This document shows positions 11,827 through 24,322 of a stretch of 64,000 nucleotides of DNA, piece by piece. Position numbers and translations under genes: made by a program. This DNA comes from Balanoglossus misakiensis. Taxonomy: Eukaryota > Animalia > Hemichordata. The notes beneath the pieces are model-generated. The model saw only the letters and a program-made list of their open reading frames with translations, was not told the origin of the DNA and ran no database searches. The stretch spans positions 5,022,001 to 5,086,000 of the forward strand of contig CM082590.2 in NCBI GenBank assembly GCA_040954595.2, in the 5' to 3' direction. The stretch's first letter is position 1. Every line of letters begins with the position of its first letter.

Positions 11827-14449
11827 TTTTTATTTATTATACTGGACCTGAATATAAATAGATCATGCTCATATTGTGTTGAGGAAAAAAATAAGCAGAT
11901 TTTTGAACCTTTGCTTGGCTTGTCATCTGCTGTGCCTGTACACTGTAGGATGGTATCCAACAATAATACACAATCAGAGCTACAATGCTATAATGGCCCC
12001 TTCTCGTAGTATTGTTAGGAATCATCATACAAGTACAGTGCACATGAGCAGCATGCAAAGGTTCACAAATCTGCACATCCGTTCTCCTAAACACCATATG
12101 TGCATGATCAGTTGGGTGTATACTTACCTGTTAGATGGCCAAACCTACCCCAAAATCCGTGGGAATTGTTTTTTATTATCCCGTTTCTCTACTAATTTTT
12201 TATTTTATTTTAATTGAATAATAAGGTCTTCAATTGGTCCGGGAAAAAATGGTATAGAGTATTTTATCTCATAAATGACATTTGAAGACTTGGGTTTAAA
12301 CAATTAATGCGGGAAATGTTCGTACCATAATATTTCGAAATTACCCAAATCTTGTGATCTTTTGACCTCTTTGACCTAAATTCAGAACAAAATTGCAACA
12401 AATACATATACAATCGCTAGAGTGCAAAAAACACACAATTTGAGAGGTAGATGACTGTTCTGGCTTTATTTTTGCCGGAGTTACAACTACTTAAGTTTCC
12501 CCTACCCCAATATCAGGGTCTGAAGTCTTGTGCCATTCTTCCGTATCTCTGTATTTGTGTTTTTCTGATCGTAATTGAATAATAGGGTTTTTTATTGGTT
12601 TGAAATAGATTCTGGGAGAGTATTTTATCTTCTAAATGACATTTAAAGACTTAAGTTTAAAAAAATCGTTCAAGAAATAGTCATACTACAAATGTTCAGA
12701 ATGACCCAAATTTCATGACCTTTTGACCTCTATTGGCCTTAATTCAAAACGAATTACCACCAAAATATATTATATTGGTAGAGTTCTAAAAACACACAAT
12801 TTGAGTGGTAGATGACTGTTCTGGGTTTATTTTTGCCGGAGTTACAAGAACTTAAGTTTCCCCTACCCTTAAATCTGAGTGGAAAATTGGATGTCTTTCT
12901 GTCGTTTCTCCTTATTTGTGTTTTTCTGGTCATAAATGAATAATAAGATTTTCTATTGGTTTGAAATACATTCTGGGAGAGTATTTTATCTTCTAAATGA
13001 CATTTAAAGACTTAAGTTCAAAACTATCGTTCAAGAAATAGTCATACTACAAATTTTCAGAATGACCCAAATTTCATAACCTTTTGACCTCTATTGACCT
13101 TAATTCAAAACGAATTACCACCAAAATATATTATATTGGTAGAGTTCTAAAAAACACACAATTTGAGTGGTAAATGACTGTTCTGGCTTTAGTTTTGCTG
13201 GAGATACAGCAATTTAAAGTTCCCCTACCCCCAAAATTTGGGTCGGAAATTTTTATGTTCTTACATTAGTTTTTGAGGGAAAAAATGCAGAAAGCTACTC
13301 GATAGGCAGGGCTATCACCCCAATTTATAATCTAGAGATATAGGCCTTTCCAAAAAACTACATGAGGCTTTGTCCATCTTTCTGATACCAAATTCCTGTC
13401 TGGCCCATGGACTATTACCCATGTTGCATCATCATTCTCTGTGTTCATTCACCACAGTTGATCAGATAACGGCAACTAGAACAACAAAATATACATATCA
13501 TGTGTCAAATCCCTTTTTTATAGTCTTTGAAAAACTATCACAAGGGAAGGATATGGTACAATTAGAGTTGCTACCTATGATTTTTTGGTGTGAAAATTGT
13601 TTTACAGTTGCATGATGAAGTAAATATGGATGACCCACTTCACGGGAACATTGCATGATATAATTGAACTGTCATTTGCAGTACCTATTTTTGTGACTTT
13701 ACTCTCTGAAAGCTGAATGTATCAGACATAATGTCAGGTTCTTTCTTACTTCTTAGAATCTAGCCGTGTTTTGTCCACTTTGCATCCAAAACTAATGTCT
13801 AGCCTTGTGGATGCCACTGGCCCAATAAAGCCTGATACACCTTGCTGGGAATTGTGATGTAACTAGTGTCCCTTTGAAGTCAATTACAGACTTTGTTTTT
13901 CAAATGATTGGACAGAGGATATACATGTACACATGTGTAATAAAATTTCAATGTAATTAGCCCTGCCTTTACGATAATTTTACACTCTATCAACACTGTT
14001 AAGTGAATGTGATTTTCCCACCTTTTCCTGCTTGATTCATTGTGGCTATGTGTATCTATGACAATATGACTGTCAGTAATCCACAGTTTATAAATCCCGA
14101 CCTGACCTGACCGGGCTGATAAGTATAAGAGAAACTATGTATCGATAATCCATGTTTTTCTTATTGACACGGTCATCATGCAAATTAGTGAAAACTGTTA
14201 ATAACCGTCAGAAAAATCATGTTAATAGGTAATAAAAAAAAACATTATGTCAATCGAGAAATGCTAATAATCAAAGTTCCATTGATCACCCTCATTGCCA
14301 TCGGCCACCCCCACTTCATAACTCTAACCAAATAATGATATAATGATAGTTCCAAATAAAGCCATCAACACCAATTTTGAAATGTTGGTGATATTCTCAC
14401 GCTGTACCCAATGTGAAAACAATGAATGCAATGTGGATAGCATTCTACC

Positions 14450-14725
14450 CACAGGGAGCTCTTCTTCCTTGTTTGTAATGTGTGTGTGTTGCTATTGATT
14501 AATATAAGAAAACAAATCTGCGAAAATATATGTTCCCCTTTGTTTGTTGACAGGTAAAGTTTAGGGTAAACATGTATTCAACAGTAAAGGGTTAGACTAC
14601 ACTAACCTGTCTACGAACAAACAATCATGACCATATTTGCAAACATATATATTTTTTCAAACATTTTTAAATTAATCAATCACAACACACACACTTTTAC
14701 AAACAAGGACGAAGAGCTCCCTGTG
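14450..14725. mobile_element. MITE with CACAGGG...CCCTGTG termini and a 7-bp TSD (P-element-like)
   Basis: ~40-bp imperfect TIRs, with TTCTACC duplicated at 14443-14449 and 14726-14732. The superfamily is inferred from TSD length. Confidence 0.7.
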
Positions 14726-15993
14726 TTCTACCCACAAACGTCGGAATCACACTGCAGTGGTCGCCTGATTCAACCAGTAAAGGTCACATGAGGTCATCAA
14801 TTGTTGTCGGTTTTCTGGTTGACAGTTCTCTGAAAACACGCGTTTTTTTCATGGACTTAACGTTGATATTTTGGCAACTGGTGTGAGTAGTCATGAAGTG
14901 TAATGTTTGGAGCATTGCTTGACCCTAGTTACTGTTGTGCGATAGGGTGAAATCGTCAGCTGAAATTTATTGTCGATCGTCCATAGGCTCCAGCTTATTA
15001 TTCGACGTCTGTGTTTCTACCCACATGCTAAGTCGTGAAAACTATCAGTGATATCTAAAAACCATGGAGGTATCCCCATGCTAAAAACACACAAAATACT
15101 GCAATGTTTCAATACTCACTCTGCCAAATCTGTACAGACGAATAGTGATGGTTGAGAGTGTAAGGGGGCCTGAACCCATGACTTGCTGAGAAAACAGTTG
15201 CTCGCTCCTTGGCTTGGCATGTTTTGGAGAAACATGACACCGTTCTGGATGTATAACGAACACAGGTCAAGCACCGTCTTACCATAGAAAAGGCGACATT
15301 GGAGTTCATGACAGAAACACGTGCCATTAAAACAAATTGGCAGATTCGAGTTTCTAGCCTGCATGCCATGATTACAACGAAGACGCTGTACGGGTCAAAG
15401 GCAAAGGGTCGAAGGTCAGCAACAGCGCCCTCTTGGGGTATATTCTGCAGAACATTTGAAAGTTCCTGATCTTGTATCCTAAGGACGCCCGCAGAATGTC
15501 CCGTGGCATTTTAATTCTCATTCAAATATGAAAGAAATAAAACTAACCCGGTCTGAATTGGTTTGTTTAAAAGGGGAGTTAGGATAGGGTCTTCCTTCGG
15601 TAGTTTTGACCCACAATTTGGCCTAAATCTACGAAACAAAGGCTTTAGAGAAAATATCCTATTCTTCCAATTTTCTAACGGAAGGCGTGTTTATGGCCAA
15701 TCATTTAAATCCTTTCCTAAACATAGGCCTAAAGAAAATAAACCTGGTGAAGACTGGTTGGTTTAAAGGGAGTTTGACTATGAATATGACTCGATCATTT
15801 GAAACTTCATACGACAGGTGAATTAAGTAACGCACTATATAGCGCATATCAACTTTCAAAGGCCATCTCCGAAAATGCTCATTGGAATTTCACAAGAATT
15901 TCCGAAATAATTCTCAGAATTGCACTCAGAACAGCGGGCATAGCTGGCAAACATACTTATATCAATAACAATGTTTCAAGGACTATTTTGATT

Positions 15994-16361
15994 AGGCCTA
16001 TATAAGAAATCGTTTTGTAGATTCGGCGGTCAAAATTATAAAACGAAAACTAAGTTTAAGGTTGAGGTCTACTCAAAATGGAAAATACAATCTAATAGAG
16101 AGAAAACTACATGCCACTGATAAGTTAAACTTTTATTTTTCTAGAAGCGTCCGAAAGCTTTAATAATGTCAAATATACAAAATTTATGAAAATTGCGCGA
16201 AATATGATGAAATCACGCGCATCATGCAAGAACTATGACGTCATTCCACACTACGGCAGCCAGAGAAATAAAAAAAATTACAATATTAATAAAATTGCCT
16301 ACCTACCTACCCTCTTTTGAAAACCATGTAATCGGAACACATATATTATTTTTCTGTTGCC
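15994..16361. mobile_element. Possible non-autonomous DNA transposon (Zator-like)
   Basis: tta|ggcc start, gcc|taa end and a subterminal cctacctaccc motif. The TIR match is weak. Confidence 0.3.
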
Positions 16362-16364
16362 TAA

Positions 16365-16580
16365 GAGCGGAAGAGTGATGTTCAAACTTCTTCGACACGG
16401 TGATGATTCTTGCTGCTGTGTTTTGTGAGTGCTGAAGTAGATTTATTGCAGATTGAGGAAGACCAAACAGTAACGAATTGCAGTAATCAAGTTTGGTTGA
16501 AAGAACTGTGTGAATAAAAGTACAACAATCATTAGAAGACAGGTACTGACATATTGATCCGGTGCGTCGAAGACGAAAAA
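16365..16580 (-). mobile_element. L2/CR1-group LINE ORF2 C-terminal fragment
   Basis: LDYCNSLLFGLP...LQHSQNTAARII is homologous to LDYANSLYAGLP...LQRIQNMAAK in the 62198-63880 RT ORF. Confidence 0.8.
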
Positions 16581-16607
16581 CACACAAGTTGTCAGGCCTA
16601 CTCTCTT

Positions 16608-16762
16608 GGAGTGAGGAAGAACCCAAACCCTAACCCTAGCCCTAACCCTAACCCTAGGAGTGAGGAGAAACCCTAACCCTAACCCTAGCCCTAACCCTAA
16701 CCCTAGGAGTGAGAAGGAACCCTAGCCCTAACCCTAGCAGTGAGGAGAAACCCTAACCCTAA
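16608..16762. repeat. Interstitial telomere-like (CCCTAA/CCCTAG)n blocks separated by a GGAGTGAGGAGAAA-type spacer
   Basis: Four spacer-plus-hexamer blocks are directly visible. Confidence 0.85.
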
Positions 16763-17524
16763 TTAGGGTCCAAGTGGTCCTCCATGTAACCCGAATTCAA
16801 AGGTCTACCAAAAAAAATCATTATGTTTTTTAAAGATAATAAACACTGTAAATGATAGATTTCAATGAAAATTATTTATTTTAAGTTATTGGAGCTCTAA
16901 CCCTTGTATATTTCAGGGTGATAAAAACTCAGGTAACATAGAGGACCGGTTTATCTTAATGGGATTTGTTAAAAGCCTATTGGTTGACCCTAATACGTAA
17001 TCCAGGTGTTATTCAATTGTATAAGTGTCCCCCTTCTACCCTCCTTCAGGTAAAAAAAGTGAAAAAAATTGGTCCAAAAATGCAGTTAAATTCTTATAAT
17101 TGCTGTGAACTGGCTGCATAAAAAAAAAAACGAAATCTTCACAAGCTTTTTTTTTGGCATAAAAATCGGTATTTCACCGAATTTTGAAAAACCTTCGGCA
17201 CGTTTGTAATTTTTTTGATGCCGATTTTTTTTATACTAAAATTTTTAAAATTCATAAAGATTTAGGAATATTGTTCAACAAACCTGTGTTGGGGACCACT
17301 TTGATGTTTCCTGTGTATTGTCTATGGGCGAAAATGCGAACTTTCTAAATTGTTGCAATTTCATTGTTTTTAAACATACAGCTGTCAAACTCACATATGT
17401 ATTAAAGTTGACATAAAAGCTTTCAAAACTAGTTTCAGTTTTAAAATTGAAGGTCTAGTGTGAGTTGTAGGTTACAAAATACATACCAAAGGTGAATTTT
17501 AAAATTTTCATGCTTGTTTTGTTC

Positions 17525-20305
17525 TGAGCACACCAGTTTGTTTATTTCTAAAGCTTTCACTTTGATTGTTCAATATGTTGTAGATATGAAAATTTTCTTT
17601 TACAAACAGGTTACACTTTTGAAATCGGTGGTAAGGAAGTTGTCCAATTAATGTCATGTATGTGGTGCACCCAAAATTAACTGTACCCTGATTTTTTTTT
17701 TAAATATACACTTTGCTTTTTTAAGATTATTTTTTTATTTTAAGCATTTCAAAGATGAAACTTTAGGTAGACCATTATGAGATGTTATAGAATATTGAAA
17801 AGTTTACACTGTTAAGATTGGACACCATTAAATATTTCAAATAATGCTGCAAAATAGACTGAAATAACTCCCATTGACTTAACATGTATAAAAACAAAAG
17901 AATACGTTTTTGGGGACACTTGGAGATTTTTTTATGTTGAAAACTCGGCGAAAAACGGGTTGTTTTATGCTTATTCTAACGAATATCTTACAATCCACTA
18001 TATGCTTTTTAAGCTCAGATTCTGGGCTCTCTAACCCTGAAAACCGTTTTCCAAAAATCGTACAAATAAAACCAGAGAGCCAACGATTACAATTTGTTAC
18101 GATCGTATTTTGCACTCACTTCCGGGTTTCGGCGAATTGCAGACAAATACTTTTTATAAAAGGCTTCGTCTTATGCTTATTCTAACAATTATCTAACAAT
18201 CCAATATATGGTTTTAAAGCTTAGAATCTTGGCTCTCTAACCGCTGAAACCGTTTTTCAAAAATCGTAGAATTGAAATCAGGGTGCCAACGATTACAATT
18301 TGTTATGGTCTTTTTTCGTGTGTAGGGTTAAGCCGTACTTAGGGATTTGGGCGACAGGCAAAATCCTCATTTTTTTTAGGTTAAGTTTACATCACTTCTG
18401 AGTCACTTAGAGTGGGTCGATCTTTAAAGTGTAACGTGTTTTGAAATCATCAATTACTGCTCTAAAACATGTTAAAGACCCGAGTTGGTATCTTTTAGAA
18501 TAAATTAATAGGTTTGCTAAAAATAAAGTGATGTTTAAGTGATTCTTTTGTTTTTATGCATGTTATAGAATAGGACAAATTGTAATATTTGTGACCCTAT
18601 CCTGATTTGTACAATTAAAGTAGCTTGGGTACTGTTTTTTTCAGGATGTATAGACATTTGAATTCCCTATGCTATAGTACATTATTTTTTTTTAATGTAG
18701 ACAAGAAGTTATAAATATGTAATTATGAAAAATAATGTCAGTGCCCCATAGGCTTTACACTGTAGACAACAGGGTGTCATATGTTAAAATTTTGGAAAGT
18801 AAGAAAACATGTTGTTTAAAGCTTGTTATTTTCAGAGTGTGTAAAGAACATGATGGGATACTCCATACATTTTTTTTTAAATTGTTACATGTACAGCAAT
18901 GCCAGTAGCTATTGGGTCAAAATAGGTAATTCATATATCTCATAATGACATTTTTGTTATATTGCCATGTGTTTGCAAAGTTGCTTTAAACACTAAGCAT
19001 CGTCCAATTTAAAAACAATTTTCTGTTTTGAAAAGAATATAATAAACTTCATAACAGATTGAAGAATCAAATTGATAGTATTAGGAATATGGAAACTGCA
19101 CAGTTCCGAGAAAGGCGCTGTCAATCGACTAAGTAGACAAAAGCTGTTTGACCCCTTAAACAGCATATATTATCACCCAAAATTGACATTGTTTGTACCA
19201 CTCTGGTTTCTTTATTTATTCAGCAATGAAGTTCACACTTTAACAATATATTAAATTCATATTGTTCTTTATAATACATATGAATTAGTTTTAAAATCGG
19301 ATGATGCTAAGTGTTTAAACCAACTTTGCAAATATTTATTGCAATATAACAAAAATGTCATTGTCAGATTTATGAATTGCCTATTTTGACTCAATACCTA
19401 TTGGCATTACTCTACATGTAACAACTTTAAAAACAATGTATGGAGTATCCCATCATGTTCTTAATACATTCTGAAAATAACAGGCATTAAACAACATGTT
19501 TTCTTACTTTCCTAAATTTTTACCTATGACACCCTGTTTTCTATATCGTAAAGCCTATTGTTCACTAACATTTTGTTTCAAAATTATACTTTTATAACTT
19601 CTTGTCTAAATTGTCTCATTTAGAGTGGGCCGATCTTTAAAGTGTAACCTGTTTTGAAATCGTCAACTACTGCTCTAAAACATATTGAAGACCTGATGCG
19701 GTACCCTTAAGAATAAATTAATATTTGTGCCAAAAATAAAGTGATGTTTAGGTGATTCTTTTGTTTTTATGCATGTTAAAGATAGAACAAATGATAAAAC
19801 TTAAGACCCTACCCTAAAATGTACAATAAAGGAGATTTAGCACTGTTTTTTTTCAGGAATAATAGACATATAAATTCTCTATTCTGGAGTACATTAATAT
19901 TAAATAAATAAAGACAAAAGTTAAAAAAATATAATTATGAAACAAAATATTTGTGCCCCATAGGCTTAACACTGTAGAAAACCAGGTGTCATAGGTAACA
20001 ATTTTGGAAAGTAAGAAAACATGTCGTTTAAAGCTTGTTATTTTCAGAGACTGTTAAGTACATGATGGGATACTACATACATTTTTTTAAAAGGTGTTAC
20101 CTGTACAGTAATGCCAGTAGCTATTGATACAAACTAGGTAATTCATAAATCTCACCTGGACATTTCCGTTATATTGCCACTTCATTTTTCGCACACCAGT
20201 TGATTTATTCTTGAAGATTTCACATCGGGTCTTCAATATGTTTTAGAGTAATGATTGGCGATCTCCAAACAGGGTACACTTTTAAGATCGACCTACTCCA
20301 AGTGT
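17525..20305. repeat. Old foldback-like region of diverged direct and inverted repeats
   Basis: ~18405-18965 is directly repeated at ~19618-20178. ~18700-19010 is inverted at ~19295-19610. ~20190-20305 is an inverted copy of the repeat start and resembles ~17528-17630. There is a separate direct pair at ~17960-18110 and ~18168-18310. Confidence 0.7.
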
Positions 20306-20614
20306 GTAAAATCTGATTTAATAACATGCATCCACTGTTCATGTAATACATGGGCAAGTTTAAATTAGGGACCAGAGTTTATCACTTACCTTAGCTTCAT
20401 TTCTCTTCATGATTGCATTGGTTCATTTCCTGTAGATTATTGTGCATGTTACAGAAGATTGACTTCAAAAGTACTGCATTTTAAAGTCGCCAGTACTTAG
20501 GAAGTACACCTATTGGACAGCACTTTAAACCACTGCATCTTCTTCAAAACATGTATGTATTTATTGAGTGAATGTGAGTGTGTGTCAGTGTTATGATAAT
20601 ATTAATAATAATTA

Positions 20615-20990
20615 TAATGTTACAGAGACGTTACAAATAAATAATACATTGAAAATGATCTGTTGAAAAGTATATGTATTACATTACAACATATAACAAA
20701 TATTAAATAAGCGACTTAATAATAATGTTTTTCAAAAAGATATGTTACAGAGACATTATAAATAAATAAGTACATTGAAAATAATCTTTTGAAAAGTATA
20801 CATATTACATTATAACATATTACAAATATTAAATAAGCGACTTAATAATAATGTTTTTCAAAAAGATATGTTGCAGAGACATTATAAATAAATAAGTACA
20901 TTTAAAATGATCTGTCGAAAAGTATAAATTCTACAATACAACATATTACAAATATTAAATAAGTTCAAAATGATATATTACAAAGACATT
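20615..20990. repeat. AT-rich tandem repeat, ~125-bp unit, ~3 copies
   Basis: atgtt(a/g)cagagac...aaatattaaataag recurs at ~20617, ~20741 and ~20868. Confidence 0.85.
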
Positions 20991-21504
20991 TAATATGTAA
21001 GAATATGTGTGTGTATATGTATGTTCGTTAGTTTGTCTTTGAAGTTGCTTTTTCTCTCTTATCCACCGTATTAAATCTGTCCTTTCTTATTCTTAATTGA
21101 CGTACGGACACAGTGGCACATTTGTTAGGTTGAGAATTCTGCCATTTCATTAGCCAAAGTTGGGGTGTCTTCTTGTACTTTTCAACATCTTTGCTGCTAA
21201 CTTTACCAACTGCTATCTCTTCTGCAAACATTTCTTCAAGGGCTTGCTAAAAGTGCGACGGCCGTGTTTAATACTTTGGCCTGAAGTTTGACTTATATTG
21301 TCCCCCCCCCCCCCTTGTACCAGGGCTGCCAGTCATCTCCACACCACCCTTATCTGTATTGTCAACAAAAGGCCTTTTGGATATGGCCAGTTTTTAAAAC
21401 AACTGATTTGGGTGGTGGTCAATGCTGGGTGGTTACTATGCTTCCCACTGAACTCTCATCATTTTCATATTGCTCAATTGCACTCACTTTCATTTTTTCT
21501 CTTC

Positions 21505-21845
21505 CATTTTTGGGTCCCATTGGTATGTACCATGGGACCTTATGGGATCGGTTGCGTCTGTATGTATGTATGTATGTATGTATGGATGGATGGATGGATG
21601 GATGGATGTATGTCCGTCCACATCAAAAACTTGAAAACCGCTGCGTGTATCACCTTGATATTTGGTGTGCTGTTGCAGGCTGGGCTGTAGATGGGAGTTT
21701 GTTCAAATGAAGTTGTCATTGCCAAAAATATGCAAATTAGCTGGAAAAATGTGAATTTGGTCAAAACTCAGTAACTCGAGAACTACTGGTCAGATTGCTT
21801 TGCAAATTGGTGTGTATTTACTTTATTGAGTTGTTTTAATTAGGC
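21505..21845 (+). mobile_element. Helentron-associated (HINE/DINE-like) non-autonomous element with (TGTA)n(TGGA)n; partial second copy at ~22360-22455
   Basis: A 5' hairpin ggtccca...tgggacc after a T-run is followed by a tetranucleotide microsatellite. The downstream ~100 bp (21895-21996) is duplicated at 22455-22558. Confidence 0.55.
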
Positions 21846-22689
21846 AGGAACTCCCCTCTGTGATTCATATAAACACAGCAAATTCCTGAATGATTACGTA
21901 ACTGGCTAAGTTTTAAAGAGGCCAGCTGTTCTATTTAGTGTATGTACAGTACATATGCCATTGGCAGCTTATGGGTCAGTCAGTGTTTGCCCATTGAGCA
22001 AAGTTGAACTTCATTGGAGAAAAGAAGAACCACTCCCGTCGGTCTTAATTTGCATTTTAACACTTTATTTTGCATTTCAATACTTGATTTAAATATGAGA
22101 AAGGCCTAACAGTTTTGTCTCACTGTAGTTAAAGTTTTGGACCTAGAAATATAAATAGTTTGTGTCCATGAGTTCGTATTGGGGATGTGTTAGCACTCTG
22201 GGCACCGTACTCCTCACGGGATCTGTTAACGCAGGTCAGTGCAACACACCCCAAGCTTTTGTATCGCCTTCTTTTGCTGTGATTTGAGAGCTATACAGTT
22301 CATCTTGGCATTCATCGTCCCATCAGATCTCTGTGTCGACAGTCTGATATTAGATTGTTGTTGGGTCCCATTGGTATGCACCATGGGACCTTATGGGATC
22401 GTTGCGCCTGTATGTATGGATGGATGGCTGGATGGATGTATGTCTGTATGTCCGATTACATAACTGGCTAAGTTTTAAAGAGGCCAGCTGTTCTATTTAG
22501 TGTATGTACAGTACATATGCCATTGGCAGCTTATGGGTCAGTCAGTGTTTGCCCATTGATCTCTCGCTATGTGTGTGTGTCTGTCTGTATATGGCCATGT
22601 ACTCCGGTGTAGACTTTTTCTTGTTTTATTCGCAACTATCTTGGAACACAATTAACGCGTTGAATAGGTAACACTTGCAGATTCCTGCA

Positions 22690-23950
22690 CACCTTTTGTC
22701 ATGGCATACAAAATGCCTGTGTGCGGGAACTATGTGCCATGTGTGACGTGGTGACCTGAGGGGCACTGCAAGATCAGGATCGTTCAGCAAAACATATGTA
22801 ACGGTGGATTTGCGTAAAATTGTTGTGGTCAGTTCTTTTGAACTGACATCCGCAAATCACCAGGCAGCTTTCAACGCCTTCGCAAACGTACTCAAGTTAA
22901 AATCCCCGCCATGATGCATCCTGAACAACCTGGTAGAGTTATCATTCCCCCTCCCCTTCACAAAAGGGTAATACATGTTCAATATACATCATAGCCTGTT
23001 TATACAGTGTAGACGAGAAAACAATTCTCGCGGGCTCTGATGCTGCTGAAGTTTTATGTGCCGCAATAGTCACAACCAACCCCTTGTCAGTCTCTTTTGG
23101 CTGCTCTAACATCCCCAACTGTTATGTTTTTATAGGCACAATTTCTTTGCGCATTGTCTAGGACTAGTTGCACCATAATGTGGGCTGACATTAAGTAAAA
23201 ATCTTCTCGTGAAACCCCTTGTCAATCTCTTTGGCTGCTCTAACATCCCCAACTGTTATGTTTTTATAGGCACAATTTCTTTGCGCATTGTCTAGGACTA
23301 GTTGCACCATAATGTGGCCTGACATTAAGTAAAAATCTTCTCGTGAAACCCCTTGTCAGTCTCTTTTGGCTGCTCTAACATCCCCAACTGTTATGTTTTT
23401 ATAGGCACAATTTCTTTGCGCATTGTCTAGGACTAGTTGCACCATAATGTGGCCTGACATTAAGCAAAAATCTTCTCTTGAAACGCTAGGTCTGCCCTCC
23501 CCCACACAGCTAAACTCCATAAAAGCCTTGTACGCGTGGATCGCCACTTCGCACGTCTCATAGGATGCAATCTCCTCAGGAGTCAAGGAGTCTTCTCCTG
23601 TTCTGCATCCTGAAAAACACTTCTCCTTAATTTTACTTCTTTTGTCAGACTCTGAGCCAAACGGCTACACTGATCTATCATCTGGCGTGCATTTTTAATT
23701 TAACCGTTATGTTCTGAATCGAGAAAACTCAAGAGAAGTCTCAAAGAAAAATATATGACCGAACTGTTGAAGCTTCATAAGGCTTGAGCATGGCTTCAAG
23801 ACATTCCCTGACTTTTCCCTTTTCACTCAAACCATCCACCCCCCCCCCTCCCCCCCCCCCAACCCAAACAGACTCAACCAGTTTTTTCAGCCTGAGCTGG
23901 ATGCTGGATGGCTGCTTTCCCAAATTTTCTCCCCCCATCCATTCCCTGTA
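22690..23950 (-). pseudogene. Decayed stand-alone tyrosine recombinase gene (Crypton-like), distinct from the Ngaro YR
   Basis: Ordered motifs across frameshifts and stops: ASTVRSY; LVLDNAQR...KNITVGDVRAA (catalytic R); VTIAAHKTS..EPARIV...LY (K); LTTTILRKSTVT (second R); HMAHSSRTQA (H, preceding the Tyr position). Confidence 0.7.
23080..23484. repeat. Tandem triplication of a ~135-bp segment of the tyrosine recombinase gene
   Basis: Near-identical units start at ~23080, ~23215 and ~23349. Confidence 0.95.
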
Positions 23951-24322
23951 TCCACTTTTTAAAATCAGTTATAAGAATATTTTCTGTGCTTTTCATCACC
24001 CCTACCTTCTTTCTCTCTAATTTCTGCCTCCAATTATCTGTCTGTTTCAATAACTCCCACCCCTATCTCGCCTTCTGAAACACTTCTATTTTCTGATTCG
24101 AAATCTCTTTCTCTTTCACTAACCCTCTCCCCCATCTCACCATCACTTTTATTATTTCTGACTTCTAAAGATCTTTTCTCCCCTTATCTACAACTTCTTT
24201 TGCGATCTTCCTGCCCTACATTGCCCTTTTCCCTCTGCTGTGTAATGCATTCCCTTTTGAGTCGCAATGCAACTCTAGCAGTTTGGGCCAGTTAGTATTT
24301 TGTATTTGGGGTATTTGGTACT

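Larger units (their letters stand above)
8690..13414. mobile_element. Palindromic Academ-like DNA transposon derivative (two 5' halves joined tail-to-tail)
   Basis: Termini TAGTCCATGGGCCAG...CTGGCCCATGGACTA with a 3-bp TSD TTA (8687-8689, 13415-13417). The arms of ~2.1 kb are near-identical inverted copies. TAG..CTA ends with a 3-bp TSD fit Academ. Confidence 0.8.
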
